In this document: positions 1-9,552 of the stretch, in pieces | Layout of the letters: each line of letters begins with the position of its first letter | How positions within the stretch are numbered: position 1 is the stretch's first letter | Assembly: GCA_958296055.1 (NCBI GenBank) | Contig: CATQHS010000001.1 | Span: 3,124,277-3,188,276 of the forward strand | Direction of reading: 5' to 3' | DNA from: an uncultured Acidimicrobiales bacterium | Lineage (GTDB): Bacteria; Actinomycetota; Acidimicrobiia; Acidimicrobiales; Aldehydirespiratoraceae | DNA: 64,000 nt | The notes under the pieces: generated by a model | Told to the model about the DNA's origin: nothing | Seen by the model: only the letters and a program-made list of their open reading frames with translations | Database searches by the model: none | Position numbers and translations under genes: made by a program

Positions 1-556
1 CCGCCCCCGGGCACTCCTCGCTGCTGACGCTGACCAGCCCCCAAGTCCGGTCGTCGACGTTGATGGCCGGGTCGTCCCGGTCGCCGGTGCCGGTCCAGTC
101 GGCGAAGCGGCGCAAGTCGGCGGCGGCGTCGGCTGAAAGCCGGTCCTCGATTCCGTCGAGCTGAAGGCGGCCCGGGTTCTCGGCCTCGTCCAACCGCTGC
201 CGGCACAGGTAGTTGCTCCGCCCCTTCAGCACCGCGTAGTCGAAGTCGGCCCCGAGGTGGGCGGCCAACAGGGGCAGGTCCTTTTCGGCGAGCTGGTCTT
301 GGAGGGTCTTGGTGGCGGTGGCCACCACGGTGCGCAGACCGCCGAGCACGGCCGGCACCAGATAGGCCAGCGACTTGCCGGTTCCGGTTCCGGCCCCGAC
401 CACCAGGCAGCCGCCCCGCTCGGCCGCCTCGGCCACCGCCTCGGCCATCCGCCGCTGGCCCGGGCGGGGCTCGCCCCCGCCGGGCAGGGCCGCGGTGGCC
501 GAGTCGAGGCCGGCGAGGACGCTGCCGGTCGGCGAATGAGACGATTCGGGTATCAC
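1..556 (-). CDS. dinG: DinG-family ATP-dependent DNA helicase, N-terminal part (gene continues past the left edge)
   Basis: My minus-strand translation reads ...EPRPGQRRMAEAVAEAAERGGCLVVGAGTGTGKSLAYLVPAV...LKGRSNYLCRQRL. This is helicase motif I (GTGKS) in a DinG/Rad3-like context. GTG at 556 is the likely start. Absent from the ORF track because the ORF is open at the edge. Confidence 0.7.
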   Translation of the reverse strand, partial: MIPESSHSPTGSVLAGLDSATAALPGGGEPRPGQRRMAEAVAEAAERGGCLVVGAGTGTGKSLAYLVPAVLGGLRTVVATATKTLQDQLAEKDLPLLAAHLGADFDYAVLKGRSNYLCRQRLDEAENPGRLQLDGIEDRLSADAAADLRRFADWTGTGDRDDPAINVDDRTWGLVSVSSEECPGA

Positions 557-575
557 AACAGTGTAAGTTCGGCCC

Positions 576-1298
576 GTGGGCTCCGGCTCCCTTGATCTCG
601 ATCGCATTCCCGCCCATATCGCCTGTGTGATGGACGGCAACGGGCGGTGGGCCCGGGCCCGGGGCCTGCCCCGCACCGAGGGCCACCGGGTGGGCGAGGA
701 GGCCCTGTTCGACGTGGTGGAAGGGGCGCTGGAGATCGGGGTCGGGTGGCTCACCGTCTACGCCTTCAGCACCGAGAACTGGCGCCGGCCCGCCGACGAG
801 GTCCGGTTCCTGCTCGACTTCAACGAGGACATCCTGCTGCGCCGCCGCGACGAACTGCACGAGCGGGGGGTGCGGATCCGCTTCATCGGCCGCCGGGACC
901 GACGGGTGCCCCGGCGGCTGCTGCGCCGCATGGACGAGGCCGTCGAGCTGACCCGCTCCAACCCCAAGATGACCTTCACCGTCGCCTTCAACTACGGGGG
1001 CCGGGCCGAGATCGTGGACGCGGTGCGGGCCATCGTCGCCTCGGGCCGCTCGGCGTCCCGGATCACCGAGCGCACCGTGGCCCGCCATCTCTACGACCCC
1101 GAGATGCCCGACCCCGACCTCATGATCCGCACCTCGGGCGAGTGTCGAACCTCCAACTTCTTGCTGTGGGAGCTGGCCTACAGCGAGCTGTATTTCACCG
1201 ACGTGGCCTGGCCCGACTTCCGCCGGGAGCACCTGTTCGAGGCCATCGGGGCCTACCAGGACCGAGAGCGCCGCTTCGGCGCCGTCGAAGAGCCGTAA
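576..1298 (+). CDS. uppS: isoprenyl transferase / undecaprenyl diphosphate synthase
   Basis: 240 aa. Contains IACVMDGNGRWA, YAFSTENWRRP and RTSGECRTSNFLLWE, the classic cis-prenyltransferase motifs. Confidence 0.9.
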   Translation: MGSGSLDLDRIPAHIACVMDGNGRWARARGLPRTEGHRVGEEALFDVVEGALEIGVGWLTVYAFSTENWRRPADEVRFLLDFNEDILLRRRDELHERGVRIRFIGRRDRRVPRRLLRRMDEAVELTRSNPKMTFTVAFNYGGRAEIVDAVRAIVASGRSASRITERTVARHLYDPEMPDPDLMIRTSGECRTSNFLLWELAYSELYFTDVAWPDFRREHLFEAIGAYQDRERRFGAVEEP

Positions 1299-1350
1299 CC
1301 GCGGTTCTGTGTCCAGCCGGGGTCGAAATGAGCCGTAGCCGCGGGCTGTC

Positions 1351-2076
1351 GTGAGCCTCTACCGGGACGAGGCGGTGGTGTTGCGCACCTGGAAGCTGGG
1401 CGAGGCCGACCGCATCGTCGGCCTCCACACTCGTAGGCACGGCAAGGTGAGGGGGGTGGCCAAGGGGGTGCGCCGCACCCGGTCCAAGTTCGGGGCCCGG
1501 CTCGAGCCCATGAGCCACGTGGCCGTGCAGCTCCACCGGGGTCGCAGCGAGCTGGAGACCGTCACCCAGGTGGAGATCATCGACCGGTTCACCGGCCTGC
1601 GATCCGACCCGGTGCGCTTCGCCAAGGGGTCGGCCCTGCTGGAGGCGGTCGACCGGATCGCCCCCGACCGCGAACCGGACCCCGACCGCCATCAAATGCT
1701 GGTCGGGGCCCTGGCCGCCGCCGACCGCGACGACAGCCCGCTGCTGGTGGCCGCTTTCATGCTCAAGCTGCTGGCCCACGACGGAGTCCGCCCCACGCTG
1801 GACGCCTGCGTGTCGTGCGGGTCGGACGGCCCGCTGGAGACGATCGGGCTGGACGAAGGCGGGGTGACGTGCCGCCGGTGCCGGTCGGGCCGGGCCATAA
1901 GCCCGACCGGTCTGGAGCTGCTGCGCCAGATCTTCGGGGGCAGGCTGGCCGCGGCTTTGCGGCACCCCCCCGGCCAGACGGCGGCCGAGGTGGAGGCTCT
2001 GGCCCGCACCGCCTTCGAGAACCACGTCGAGCGCCGGCTGCGCTCCATGGCCGTTCTGGAACGCACCCGGGCCTGA
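1351..2076 (+). CDS. recO: DNA repair protein RecO
   Basis: 241 aa. N-terminus LYRDEAVVLRTWKLGEADRIV and a C-terminal Cys cluster (CVSCG...CRRC) are typical of RecO. Follows uppS, as in other actinobacteria. Confidence 0.85.
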   Translation: MSLYRDEAVVLRTWKLGEADRIVGLHTRRHGKVRGVAKGVRRTRSKFGARLEPMSHVAVQLHRGRSELETVTQVEIIDRFTGLRSDPVRFAKGSALLEAVDRIAPDREPDPDRHQMLVGALAAADRDDSPLLVAAFMLKLLAHDGVRPTLDACVSCGSDGPLETIGLDEGGVTCRRCRSGRAISPTGLELLRQIFGGRLAAALRHPPGQTAAEVEALARTAFENHVERRLRSMAVLERTRA

Positions 2077-2136
2077 CCCGTCGGCCGGTGCTAGAGCGCA
2101 CCCGGGCCTGACCCGTCGGCCGGTAGCCTCCGAGCC

Positions 2137-3486
2137 GTGTCGCAGGAGGATTCACCCGGCGAAAGCCCATCCGGCGAGGACCCCGGGCTGTTCGACAAGA
2201 TCGTCGGCTTGTGCAAGCGGCGGGGGTTCGTCTACCAGTCGGCGGAGATCTACGGCGGCTTCCGCTCCGCCTACGACTACGGCCCCCTCGGCGTGCTGCT
2301 GCTCGGCAACGTCAAGAGGCAGTGGTGGCGCTCGATGGTGCAGCTCCGCCACGACGTGGTGGGCCTGGACTCGTCGATCCTGTCGCCCCCCGCGGTGTGG
2401 GAGGCCTCCGGCCACCTGGAGAACTTCAGCGACCCGCTGGTGGACTGCCGCGGCTGCGGGGCCCGGCATCGGGCCGACAAGCTGGCCGACCCCGGCGTCT
2501 GCCCCGACTGCGGCCGCACTGGCGCTCTCACCGAGGCCCGGCAGTTCAACCTCATGTTCTCCACCCACGCCGGGCCGGTGGCCGACTCGGCGGCCGAGGT
2601 GTTCCTGCGCCCCGAGACGGCCCAGGGCACCTTCGTGAACTTCATGAACGTGCTGCGCACCAGCCGCCGCCGCCCGCCGTTCGGCATCGCCCAGATCGGC
2701 AAGTCGTTCCGCAACGAGATCACGCCCGGCAACTTCGTCTTCCGCACCCGAGAGTTCGAGCAGATGGAGCTGGAGTACTTCGTGCCGCCCGACGAGAGCG
2801 AGCGCTGGTTCCGCTACTGGTGCCAGGACCGCCTGGGCTGGTATCTGGGTCTCGGCATCCCCGAGGACCGGCTGCGCCTGCGAGCCCACCCGGCCGAGGA
2901 GCTGAGCCACTACTCCTCGGCCACCTCCGACGTGGAGTTCCGGTTCCCGTGGGGCTGGGACGAGCTCGAGGGCATAGCCAACCGGGGCGACTACGACCTG
3001 AGCCGCCACGCCGAATGCGCCGGCGAGCGGATCGAGTACTTCGACCAAGCCGCCAGCGACCGCTACGTGCCCCACGTCATAGAGCCGGCCGCCGGGGCCA
3101 CCCGGGCGGCCATGGCCTTCCTAACCGCGGCCTACGACACCGAGCCGGTCGGCGCCGGCGAGCGCACGGTGCTGCGCCTCGACCACCGCCTGGCCCCCTA
3201 TCAGGCCGCGGTGCTGCCCCTGTCCCGCAACGATCGGCTGGTGCCCACCGCGCTGGAGGTGTTCGACCGGCTCAAGGGCCGGTGGATGTGCGACTACGAC
3301 GAGACGCAGGCCATCGGCCGTCGCTACCGCCGCCAAGACGAGATCGGCACCCCCCTGTGCGTCACCGTCGACTTCGACACGCTGGACGACTCGGCGGTGA
3401 CCGTGCGCGACCGCGACACCATGGCCCAGGACCGAGTGGCCATCGACCGCCTCGCCGACCACATCTCTGAGAAGCTGACCGCCTGA
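2137..3486 (+). CDS. glyQS: glycine--tRNA ligase (dimeric class II type)
   Basis: 449 aa. Contains KRRGFVYQSAEIYGG, FLRPETAQG, FRNEITPGNFVFRTREFEQMELEYF and DEIGTPLCVTVD. Confidence 0.9.
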   Translation: MSQEDSPGESPSGEDPGLFDKIVGLCKRRGFVYQSAEIYGGFRSAYDYGPLGVLLLGNVKRQWWRSMVQLRHDVVGLDSSILSPPAVWEASGHLENFSDPLVDCRGCGARHRADKLADPGVCPDCGRTGALTEARQFNLMFSTHAGPVADSAAEVFLRPETAQGTFVNFMNVLRTSRRRPPFGIAQIGKSFRNEITPGNFVFRTREFEQMELEYFVPPDESERWFRYWCQDRLGWYLGLGIPEDRLRLRAHPAEELSHYSSATSDVEFRFPWGWDELEGIANRGDYDLSRHAECAGERIEYFDQAASDRYVPHVIEPAAGATRAAMAFLTAAYDTEPVGAGERTVLRLDHRLAPYQAAVLPLSRNDRLVPTALEVFDRLKGRWMCDYDETQAIGRRYRRQDEIGTPLCVTVDFDTLDDSAVTVRDRDTMAQDRVAIDRLADHISEKLTA

Positions 3487-3586
3487 GGAGCGGTTCCGGG
3501 TGCCGCAGGGCGGCGGCCTTAGAGCGGTTCTCGGTGCCGGTAGGGCGGCGGCCTGCCGGCGGTCGGCGCGGGCTAGGTTCGCGGCG

Positions 3587-5392
3587 ATGGGCATCGTCGA
3601 CGAGGACATCGCCACCGTCCGGGCCTCCACCGACATCGTGGCGGTGATCGGGGAGCACACCGAGATCAAGCGCTCGGGGCGGCAGTGGATGGCCCGCTGC
3701 CCGCTGCACGGCGAGAGGACGCCGTCGCTGGCCGTGTCGCCGGTCAAGGGCGTCTACCACTGCTTCGGCTGCGGGCGCAGCGGCGACGTGATCACCTTCG
3801 TGCGAGAGGTCGAGAACCTCGACTTCGCCGGGGCGGTCGAGCACCTGGCCAAGCGGGCCGGGATCACGCTGCGCTACACCCGCCAAGAGGAGAGCGCGGC
3901 CCGGGCCCGCCGCCAGCGGCTGCTCGACGCCGTGGCCGCCGCCGCCGAGTTCTACCACCGGCGGCTGGTCTCCGGCGACGATGCCGGCGGAGCCCGCGGC
4001 TACCTGCGCTCCCGCGGCTACGGCGGCGACGTGATCCGCCGGTACCGGATCGGCTGGGCCCCCGACGGCTGGGACCACTTGGCCCGCCACCTCGGCCTGT
4101 CCGACCGGGACCTGTCCGACTCCGGCCTCGGGTTCGTCAACCGGGCTGGCCGCCAGCAGGACTTCTTCCGGGCCCGGGTGCTGTTCCCGATCGCCAACGA
4201 GCGGGGCGAGCCGGTCGGCTTCGGGGGCCGGGTCCTGCCCGGCGACGAGGGCCCCAAGTACAAGAACACCTCGGGCGACGCGGTGGTCTACGACAAGAGC
4301 AAGGTTCTCTACGGGCTGCACGAGCAGCGGGAGGAGATCGTGCGGGCCGGCGAAGCCGTGATATGCGAGGGCTACACCGACGTGATCGGGTTCGCCGAGG
4401 CCGGCATCGGCCGGGCCGTGGCCACCTGCGGCACCGCCCTGACCGCCGATCACGTCAAGCTGCTGGCCCGGTTCTCAGCCCAGCGCCTGGTGCTGGCCTT
4501 CGACGCCGACGCGGCCGGGGTGGCCGCGGCCGAGCGGGTATACGCCTGGGAACGCGAGTTCGGCCTCGACGTCCGGGTGGCCGACCTCCCGGCCGGGGTC
4601 GACCCCGACGACCTGGCCCGACAGGACCCGGCCGCCCTGAGGCGGGCGGTGGACCGGGCCGTGCCGCTGCTGCGGTTCCGGGTCGACCGGGTGCTGGCCT
4701 CCGCCGACATGGCCACCATCGAGGGTCGGGCCCGGACCGCGGCCGCGCCCGCCGAGGTGGTGGGCGAGCACCCCGACCCCTTGGTGCGAGACGAGTACCT
4801 CGTCTATGTGGCCGACCGCTGCCGGGTCGACAGCGCCACCCTGCGCGACGTGTGGGCCAAAGAGCCGAAGCGGGGGCAGCCCTCTCCGGGGCCGGGCCCC
4901 GGCCGATCCGACATCGGACAGGTCCGGCTCACGGCCGAGGACGAGGCCCTGCGCCTGCTGATCCACCGGCCCGAAGCGGTGGCCGGTCGCCTGGACGCGG
5001 TCTTGTTCGAGGATCCGGTCCGCCGGGAGGCGTACCGGACTTTGAGCGAGGGCGTCGACTTGGCCGGGGCCGGGGACCGGGTGGGCGAGCCGGCGGCCGG
5101 GCTGCTGCGGCGGCTGGCCGTGGAGGAGGCAGGCGAGGCCGAGACCGACGACGTTTTGGCCCTGGTCCACCGGCGGGCCGGCGAGCGGGCCATGGAGACC
5201 TTGCGGCGCCGGGCCCGCGACAGCGACGACCCGACCCGACGACGGGAATACAACACCGCCCTGATCTGGGTCAAGAGGCAGGCGGATCTTCTGGCCGAGC
5301 GCCACACCCGCCGATCAGCCATGGACCAACTGCTGCCGTGGCTGGTTGAGCACCGCTTGGGGGAGGACAAATACCCGGAGCGGCGCCGGTGA
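3587..5392 (+). CDS. dnaG: DNA primase
   Basis: Zinc-finger region CPLHGERTPSLAVSPVKGVYHCFGCGRSGDVITF and TOPRIM region VICEGYTDVI...LAFDADAAG. I prefer the ATG at 3587 (MGIVDEDI...) over the track start at 3500, which adds an Arg/Ala-rich leader. Confidence 0.88.
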   Translation: MGIVDEDIATVRASTDIVAVIGEHTEIKRSGRQWMARCPLHGERTPSLAVSPVKGVYHCFGCGRSGDVITFVREVENLDFAGAVEHLAKRAGITLRYTRQEESAARARRQRLLDAVAAAAEFYHRRLVSGDDAGGARGYLRSRGYGGDVIRRYRIGWAPDGWDHLARHLGLSDRDLSDSGLGFVNRAGRQQDFFRARVLFPIANERGEPVGFGGRVLPGDEGPKYKNTSGDAVVYDKSKVLYGLHEQREEIVRAGEAVICEGYTDVIGFAEAGIGRAVATCGTALTADHVKLLARFSAQRLVLAFDADAAGVAAAERVYAWEREFGLDVRVADLPAGVDPDDLARQDPAALRRAVDRAVPLLRFRVDRVLASADMATIEGRARTAAAPAEVVGEHPDPLVRDEYLVYVADRCRVDSATLRDVWAKEPKRGQPSPGPGPGRSDIGQVRLTAEDEALRLLIHRPEAVAGRLDAVLFEDPVRREAYRTLSEGVDLAGAGDRVGEPAAGLLRRLAVEEAGEAETDDVLALVHRRAGERAMETLRRRARDSDDPTRRREYNTALIWVKRQADLLAERHTRRSAMDQLLPWLVEHRLGEDKYPERRR

Positions 5393-6321
5393 ACTCGGGC
5401 CGCGGGGGCGACGACGACTCCGTCCGCCTGTATCTCAACGAGATCGGCCGGATCGACCGGCTGGACCGGGATCAGGAGGAGCGCATCGCCGACCGGATCC
5501 GCCGAGGCCTGGCCGCGGCCGACTGCCTCGCGGCCGGCGACCAGATCGGCGTCGCCGAGCGGCGCCGGCTCGAGCGCTTGGTCCAAGACGGCGACCAAGC
5601 CCGCGAGGAGATGGTGAGGGCCAACCTCCGGCTGGTGGTGTCGATTGCCAAGCGCTACACGAGCCGGGACATGGGGCTCTTGGACCTGGTTCAGGAGGGG
5701 AACCTGGGGCTCATGCGGGCGGTGGAACGGTTCGACCCGTCCAAGGGCTGGAAGTTCTCCACTTACGCCATCTGGTGGATCCGCCAGTCCATCGTCCGGG
5801 CCATCGCCAACCAGGCCCGAACCATTCGAGTCCCCCGCCATATGGTGGCCGATATGAACCGGGTCGGTCGGGCCCGGCGCCAGATGCACCAAGAGCTGGG
5901 CCGAGAGCCGACGGTGGGGGAGCTGGCCGCCGAGATAGACCTGCCGGCCGAGCGGGTGAGGGAGATCCTTCGGATCAGCCTGGACCCGCTGTCGCTGGAC
6001 TTGCCCGCGGGCGACATGGGCGAGGCCAGCCTCGGCGATCTGATCGAGGACCGGGACGCGGAGACCCCGGTCGATGCCGTCACCCGCCGGATGCTGGCCG
6101 GCACGGTGGGGGAGGTGCTGCACGAGTTCTCCCAGCCCGAACAGGACGTCATCCGGCTGCGGTTCGGCCTCGACGACGGCCGCCCCCGCACCCTCGAGGA
6201 GGTGGGCCGCACCTTCGGCGTCACCAGGGAGCGGATCCGCCAGATCGAGAACAGGACCCTGGCCAAGCTGCGCCAGCCCAGCCGGTCGGAGCCGCTTCGG
6301 GGCTATCTGGAGTCCTCCTGA
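5389..6321 (+). CDS. RNA polymerase sigma-70 family factor (RpoD/SigA-like, short form)
   Basis: 310 aa. Region 2 DLVQEGNLGLMRAVERFDPSKGWKFSTYAIWWIRQSI and region 4 TLEEVGRTFGVTRERIRQIE. The GTG start overlaps the dnaG stop (GTGA), giving the dnaG-sigma arrangement. Confidence 0.85.
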   Translation: MNSGRGGDDDSVRLYLNEIGRIDRLDRDQEERIADRIRRGLAAADCLAAGDQIGVAERRRLERLVQDGDQAREEMVRANLRLVVSIAKRYTSRDMGLLDLVQEGNLGLMRAVERFDPSKGWKFSTYAIWWIRQSIVRAIANQARTIRVPRHMVADMNRVGRARRQMHQELGREPTVGELAAEIDLPAERVREILRISLDPLSLDLPAGDMGEASLGDLIEDRDAETPVDAVTRRMLAGTVGEVLHEFSQPEQDVIRLRFGLDDGRPRTLEEVGRTFGVTRERIRQIENRTLAKLRQPSRSEPLRGYLESS

Positions 6322-6393
6322 CCGCGGGCCGGTCGGCGGGAGTCCGGGGCGTAGTCGGCCCGTCCCGAAGCCGGTGGTATCATCCGGGAGCCG

Positions 6394-6467
6394 TCCGGGG
6401 TAGCTCAGCAAGGCAGAGCAAGCGGCTGTTAACCGCTAGGTCGTGGGTTCGATCCCCACCCCCGGAG
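6394..6467 (+). tRNA. tRNA-Asn (anticodon GTT)
   Basis: Hand-folded cloverleaf of 74 nt: acceptor tccgggg/ccccgga, anticodon stem agcgg/ccgct with loop ctGTTaa, T-arm gtggg-ttcgatc-cccac. Confidence 0.9.
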
Positions 6468-6499
6468 CTGCTCAGCTTTGTGGCCGTTCGGCTATCCGG

Positions 6500-7321
6500 T
6501 CATGCCAAGCGCCGCAAGTACACGCCTTCCGCCAGTCGCTCCGATCGCTCCTCGATCACCGAGCAGCACTCGACGTGAGCAGACTCCAGCGTCTTCAGAG
6601 ATTCCTCGGACAGGTGCATTCCGTTGCCGTTGACCAGCGGAATGAAGAACATCTTGTTAATCGGCTCGCTGTCTTTGATCTTCTGCAGGAAGTGCCTGAA
6701 CCCCAGTTTGCGAAGGGTGATGCTGCACATCTTCCCGAAGGCTGACAGCAGTATGTTCCTGGCCTTGACAGATTCGTTGACCGCGCTCGGGTGGACGTGA
6801 TCGAAGTTCTGGATTCCGCAGAGAGAGGACAAGACGTCAAGAACACTGTTTGTGTCCTCGACTAGGGTATGGAAGTGAACCGTCAGAACATCGGCGTCGA
6901 TATCGAGTATTTCTTTCAACCTGTCGGGTGATAGCCGGTCGCGCACCGTGGCTTGCTCCAAATGTTTTGCCCCCAATAACGCCGATAACTCTCCCCGGCT
7001 CTTTCTGAAACGCATCATCGAAAGCGCTCGGTCAACATGGTCTCTGACCAGAACGATCAACAACACGGCAACGCCATCGGCTCTAATCGAATCGATATTC
7101 TGTGACAGTGACGGGTCTCGGTAAGCGAGGTTGGCTATGTCACATAGCAGTTTCTGATCGTCAGGTCGCTTGCGCAGAGCTTTTTTGTAGTTCGCCAGCG
7201 ATCGGTAGTAGTTGCCTTCTTTGATCTCGGGAAGGACTAGGTCCGGATGACTCTTGAAGATGCGGTACAAGAACTCGCTCCCCGACCTCCCCGGCCCGAC
7301 CACCAGCAGATACTCATACAT
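6500..7321 (-). CDS. PAPS-dependent sulfotransferase family protein
   Basis: 273 aa. N-terminal LLVVGPGRSGSEF fits the 5'-phosphosulfate binding loop, and LVRDHVDRALS fits the R-D/N-x-x-D-R-x-x-S 3'-phosphate binding motif. The coding sequence is visibly AT-richer than its surroundings. Confidence 0.7.
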   Translation of the reverse strand: MYEYLLVVGPGRSGSEFLYRIFKSHPDLVLPEIKEGNYYRSLANYKKALRKRPDDQKLLCDIANLAYRDPSLSQNIDSIRADGVAVLLIVLVRDHVDRALSMMRFRKSRGELSALLGAKHLEQATVRDRLSPDRLKEILDIDADVLTVHFHTLVEDTNSVLDVLSSLCGIQNFDHVHPSAVNESVKARNILLSAFGKMCSITLRKLGFRHFLQKIKDSEPINKMFFIPLVNGNGMHLSEESLKTLESAHVECCSVIEERSERLAEGVYLRRLA

Positions 7322-7446
7322 AGGTCAGTGCCCGCCGCCGATCGGGAAGCGCCGCTTCGCTGAGCATACGGGCCGCTCTGCTCACGGTGCCGGTGGGTGG
7401 GCTGGCTCGGTCACCCGCGCCAACGGCTGGTTGGCGAGCCGGCTCC

Positions 7447-7456
7447 GGGGGGGGGG
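7447..7456. repeat. G10 homopolymer tract (C10 on the sulfotransferase strand), 126-135 nt upstream of the sulfotransferase start
   Basis: Read directly: ggctccGGGGGGGGGGtaggagag. Confidence 0.95.
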
Positions 7457-7528
7457 TAGGAGAGGGCGGTGCCGCGTTGGGGGCGCGGGCGATGCCGCAC
7501 CGATCGCCGACCGGGTAGGGTCTGAGAT

Positions 7529-7601
<73 letters not shown>

Positions 7602-7745
7602 CCTCACCGGGCCCGCCTCACACCGGGTCCGGGAAGCGGTGCGCCGGCCGTCGCCCGGATGCGGCGCCGGGGAAGCGGCCGGCCCGAACTCGGCCGGGAT
7701 GTCGATTGCAGTAGGCAGGAGGCCAAGCATGGGGAGAAGCCAACG

Positions 7746-9485
7746 GTGAGCGGTCGAAACAGACAAGCGGGCATCATAGGCCCGTACGGCGGCGACTTGG
7801 TGAACCTGCTGGCCCCGGCGGAGGACCGGGAGGCGCTCCACGCCTACGCCGACCGGCTGCCGTCCCTCCAGCTACCGAGCCGAGCCGTCTGCGACTTGGA
7901 GCTGCTGGCCACCGGCGGCTTTTCGCCCTTGGACCGGTTCATGGGACGAGAGGACCATGAACGGGCGGTCTCCGAAATGCGGCTTTCGTCCGGACACCTA
8001 TCGCCGATCCCCGTCACCCTTCCTGTGGATGCCGGCGATGTGCGCTTAGACGCCGATATTGCCCTTCGCGATGCCAAGAACGACCTTCTGGCCGTGATGA
8101 CGGTGGAAGAGGCGTATGAGTGGGACAAGCGGGAGGTGGCTCTGAAGGTATTCGGCACCACCGACGAGCGCCATCCCATGGTGGCCGAGATGGACCAGTG
8201 GAAGCCGGTCAACATCTCCGGCAGGCTGCGGGTGATCGACCTGCCCGAGCACTTCGACTTCAGAGAGCTGCGACTCACCCCCTCGGCGTGCCGGGACCGG
8301 CTCCAACAGATGGGCGCCGGCAACGTGGTCGCCTTCCAGACCCGCAACCCGCTTCATCGGGTACACGAGGAGCTGACCAAGCGAGCGGCCGCGGCCACCG
8401 ACGGGGTGCTGCTGCTGCATCCCGTCGTCGGCATGACCAAGCTCGGCGACGTCGACCATTACACCCGGGTGCGGACCTATCAGGTGATGGCCGAGAAGTA
8501 CTACGAGGCTTCCGGCATCCTGCTGGCCCTGCTGCCCCTGGCCATGCGCATGGGCGGCCCCAGAGAAGCCCTGTGGCACGCCGTCATCCGCCGGAACCAC
8601 GGTGCCAACCACCTCATAGTGGGGAGAGATCACGCCGGTCCCGGCCGGGATTCCTCCAACCGGCCTTTCTATGACCCCTACGGCGCGCAGGAGCTGGTAG
8701 AGCAGCACCGCGACGAGTTGGGCGTTCGGGCCGTCCCCTTCGGCGAGCTGGTCTACCTGCCCGACGAGGACGCCTACGCCGAGTCCTCGAGGGTCGCCCC
8801 CGGCTCGGCGGCCTGGTCGATCTCGGGGACCCAGGTCCGGGAGCGGTACCTGGACCGGGGCGTGAAGCTGCCCGACTGGTACACCCGCCCCGAGGTGGCC
8901 GAGATCCTGGCCGAGAGCTACCCGCCCCGGCACCGCCAGGGGGTCTGCATCTGGTTCACCGGCCTGAGCGGTGCCGGGAAGTCCACCACGGCCGAGGTGC
9001 TGACCGTGCTGCTCATGGAGCGGGGCCGCCAGGTCACCGTGCTGGACGGGGACGTGGTGCGCACCCACCTCTCCAAGGGTCTGGGGTTCACCAAACCGGA
9101 CCGGGACGCCAACATCTTGCGCATCGGCTTCGTGGCCTCCGAGATCGCCAGAGCGGGCGGGGCGGTGGTGTGCGCGGCCGTCAGCCCCTACACGGCCACC
9201 CGGGACGCGGTGCGCGACATGATCGGCGCCGACCGGTTCGTGGAGGTGTTCGTCAACACCCCCCTCGACGTGTGCGAGAAGCGCGACGCCAAGGGCATGT
9301 ACGCCAAGGCCCGCCGGGGGGAGATCCGCAACTTCACCGGCATCGACGATCCCTACGAGCCGCCGCCCAGCCCCGACTTGGAGCTGGAGACGATCATGTG
9401 CAGCCCCGAAGCCAACGCCCGGGCCATCGTGGCCGAGCTCGAGCGCCGGGGCTTCGTGCGGCCCGCGGGCGCCGCCGCCCCGTAG
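7746..9485 (+). CDS. bifunctional sulfate adenylyltransferase (Sat type) / adenylylsulfate kinase (PAPS synthase)
   Basis: ATP sulfurylase motifs VAFQTRNPLHRVHEEL and HLIVGRDHAGPG, then APS kinase GVCIWFTGLSGAGKST...LDGDVVR. Track start is 7659. I prefer the in-frame GTG at 7746, which has ggggaga upstream; this start is uncertain. Confidence 0.85.
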   Translation: MSGRNRQAGIIGPYGGDLVNLLAPAEDREALHAYADRLPSLQLPSRAVCDLELLATGGFSPLDRFMGREDHERAVSEMRLSSGHLSPIPVTLPVDAGDVRLDADIALRDAKNDLLAVMTVEEAYEWDKREVALKVFGTTDERHPMVAEMDQWKPVNISGRLRVIDLPEHFDFRELRLTPSACRDRLQQMGAGNVVAFQTRNPLHRVHEELTKRAAAATDGVLLLHPVVGMTKLGDVDHYTRVRTYQVMAEKYYEASGILLALLPLAMRMGGPREALWHAVIRRNHGANHLIVGRDHAGPGRDSSNRPFYDPYGAQELVEQHRDELGVRAVPFGELVYLPDEDAYAESSRVAPGSAAWSISGTQVRERYLDRGVKLPDWYTRPEVAEILAESYPPRHRQGVCIWFTGLSGAGKSTTAEVLTVLLMERGRQVTVLDGDVVRTHLSKGLGFTKPDRDANILRIGFVASEIARAGGAVVCAAVSPYTATRDAVRDMIGADRFVEVFVNTPLDVCEKRDAKGMYAKARRGEIRNFTGIDDPYEPPPSPDLELETIMCSPEANARAIVAELERRGFVRPAGAAAP

Positions 9486-9552
9486 CCGACCCGGCGATGC
9501 GGCGGACCGGTTCGGCGGGCCCCACGGGTGCCCCAGGGGCCGGGGGCTGACG

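Noticed and set aside
257-595. 112-aa plus-strand ORF at the left edge
   Set aside because: It is antisense to the DinG-family helicase N-terminus, whose Walker A motif is read on the minus strand. Gly/Arg/His-rich artefact.
2062-2124. Duplicated stop-codon regions as in-frame backup stops (also 1290-1349 and 48195-48280)
   Set aside because: The second stop codons are 35, 40 and 37 nt from the first, which is not a multiple of 3. They cannot act as tandem in-frame terminators.
4804-6411. 535-aa minus-strand ORF
   Set aside because: It is antisense to the dnaG 3' end and the sigma factor gene, both well supported by motifs.
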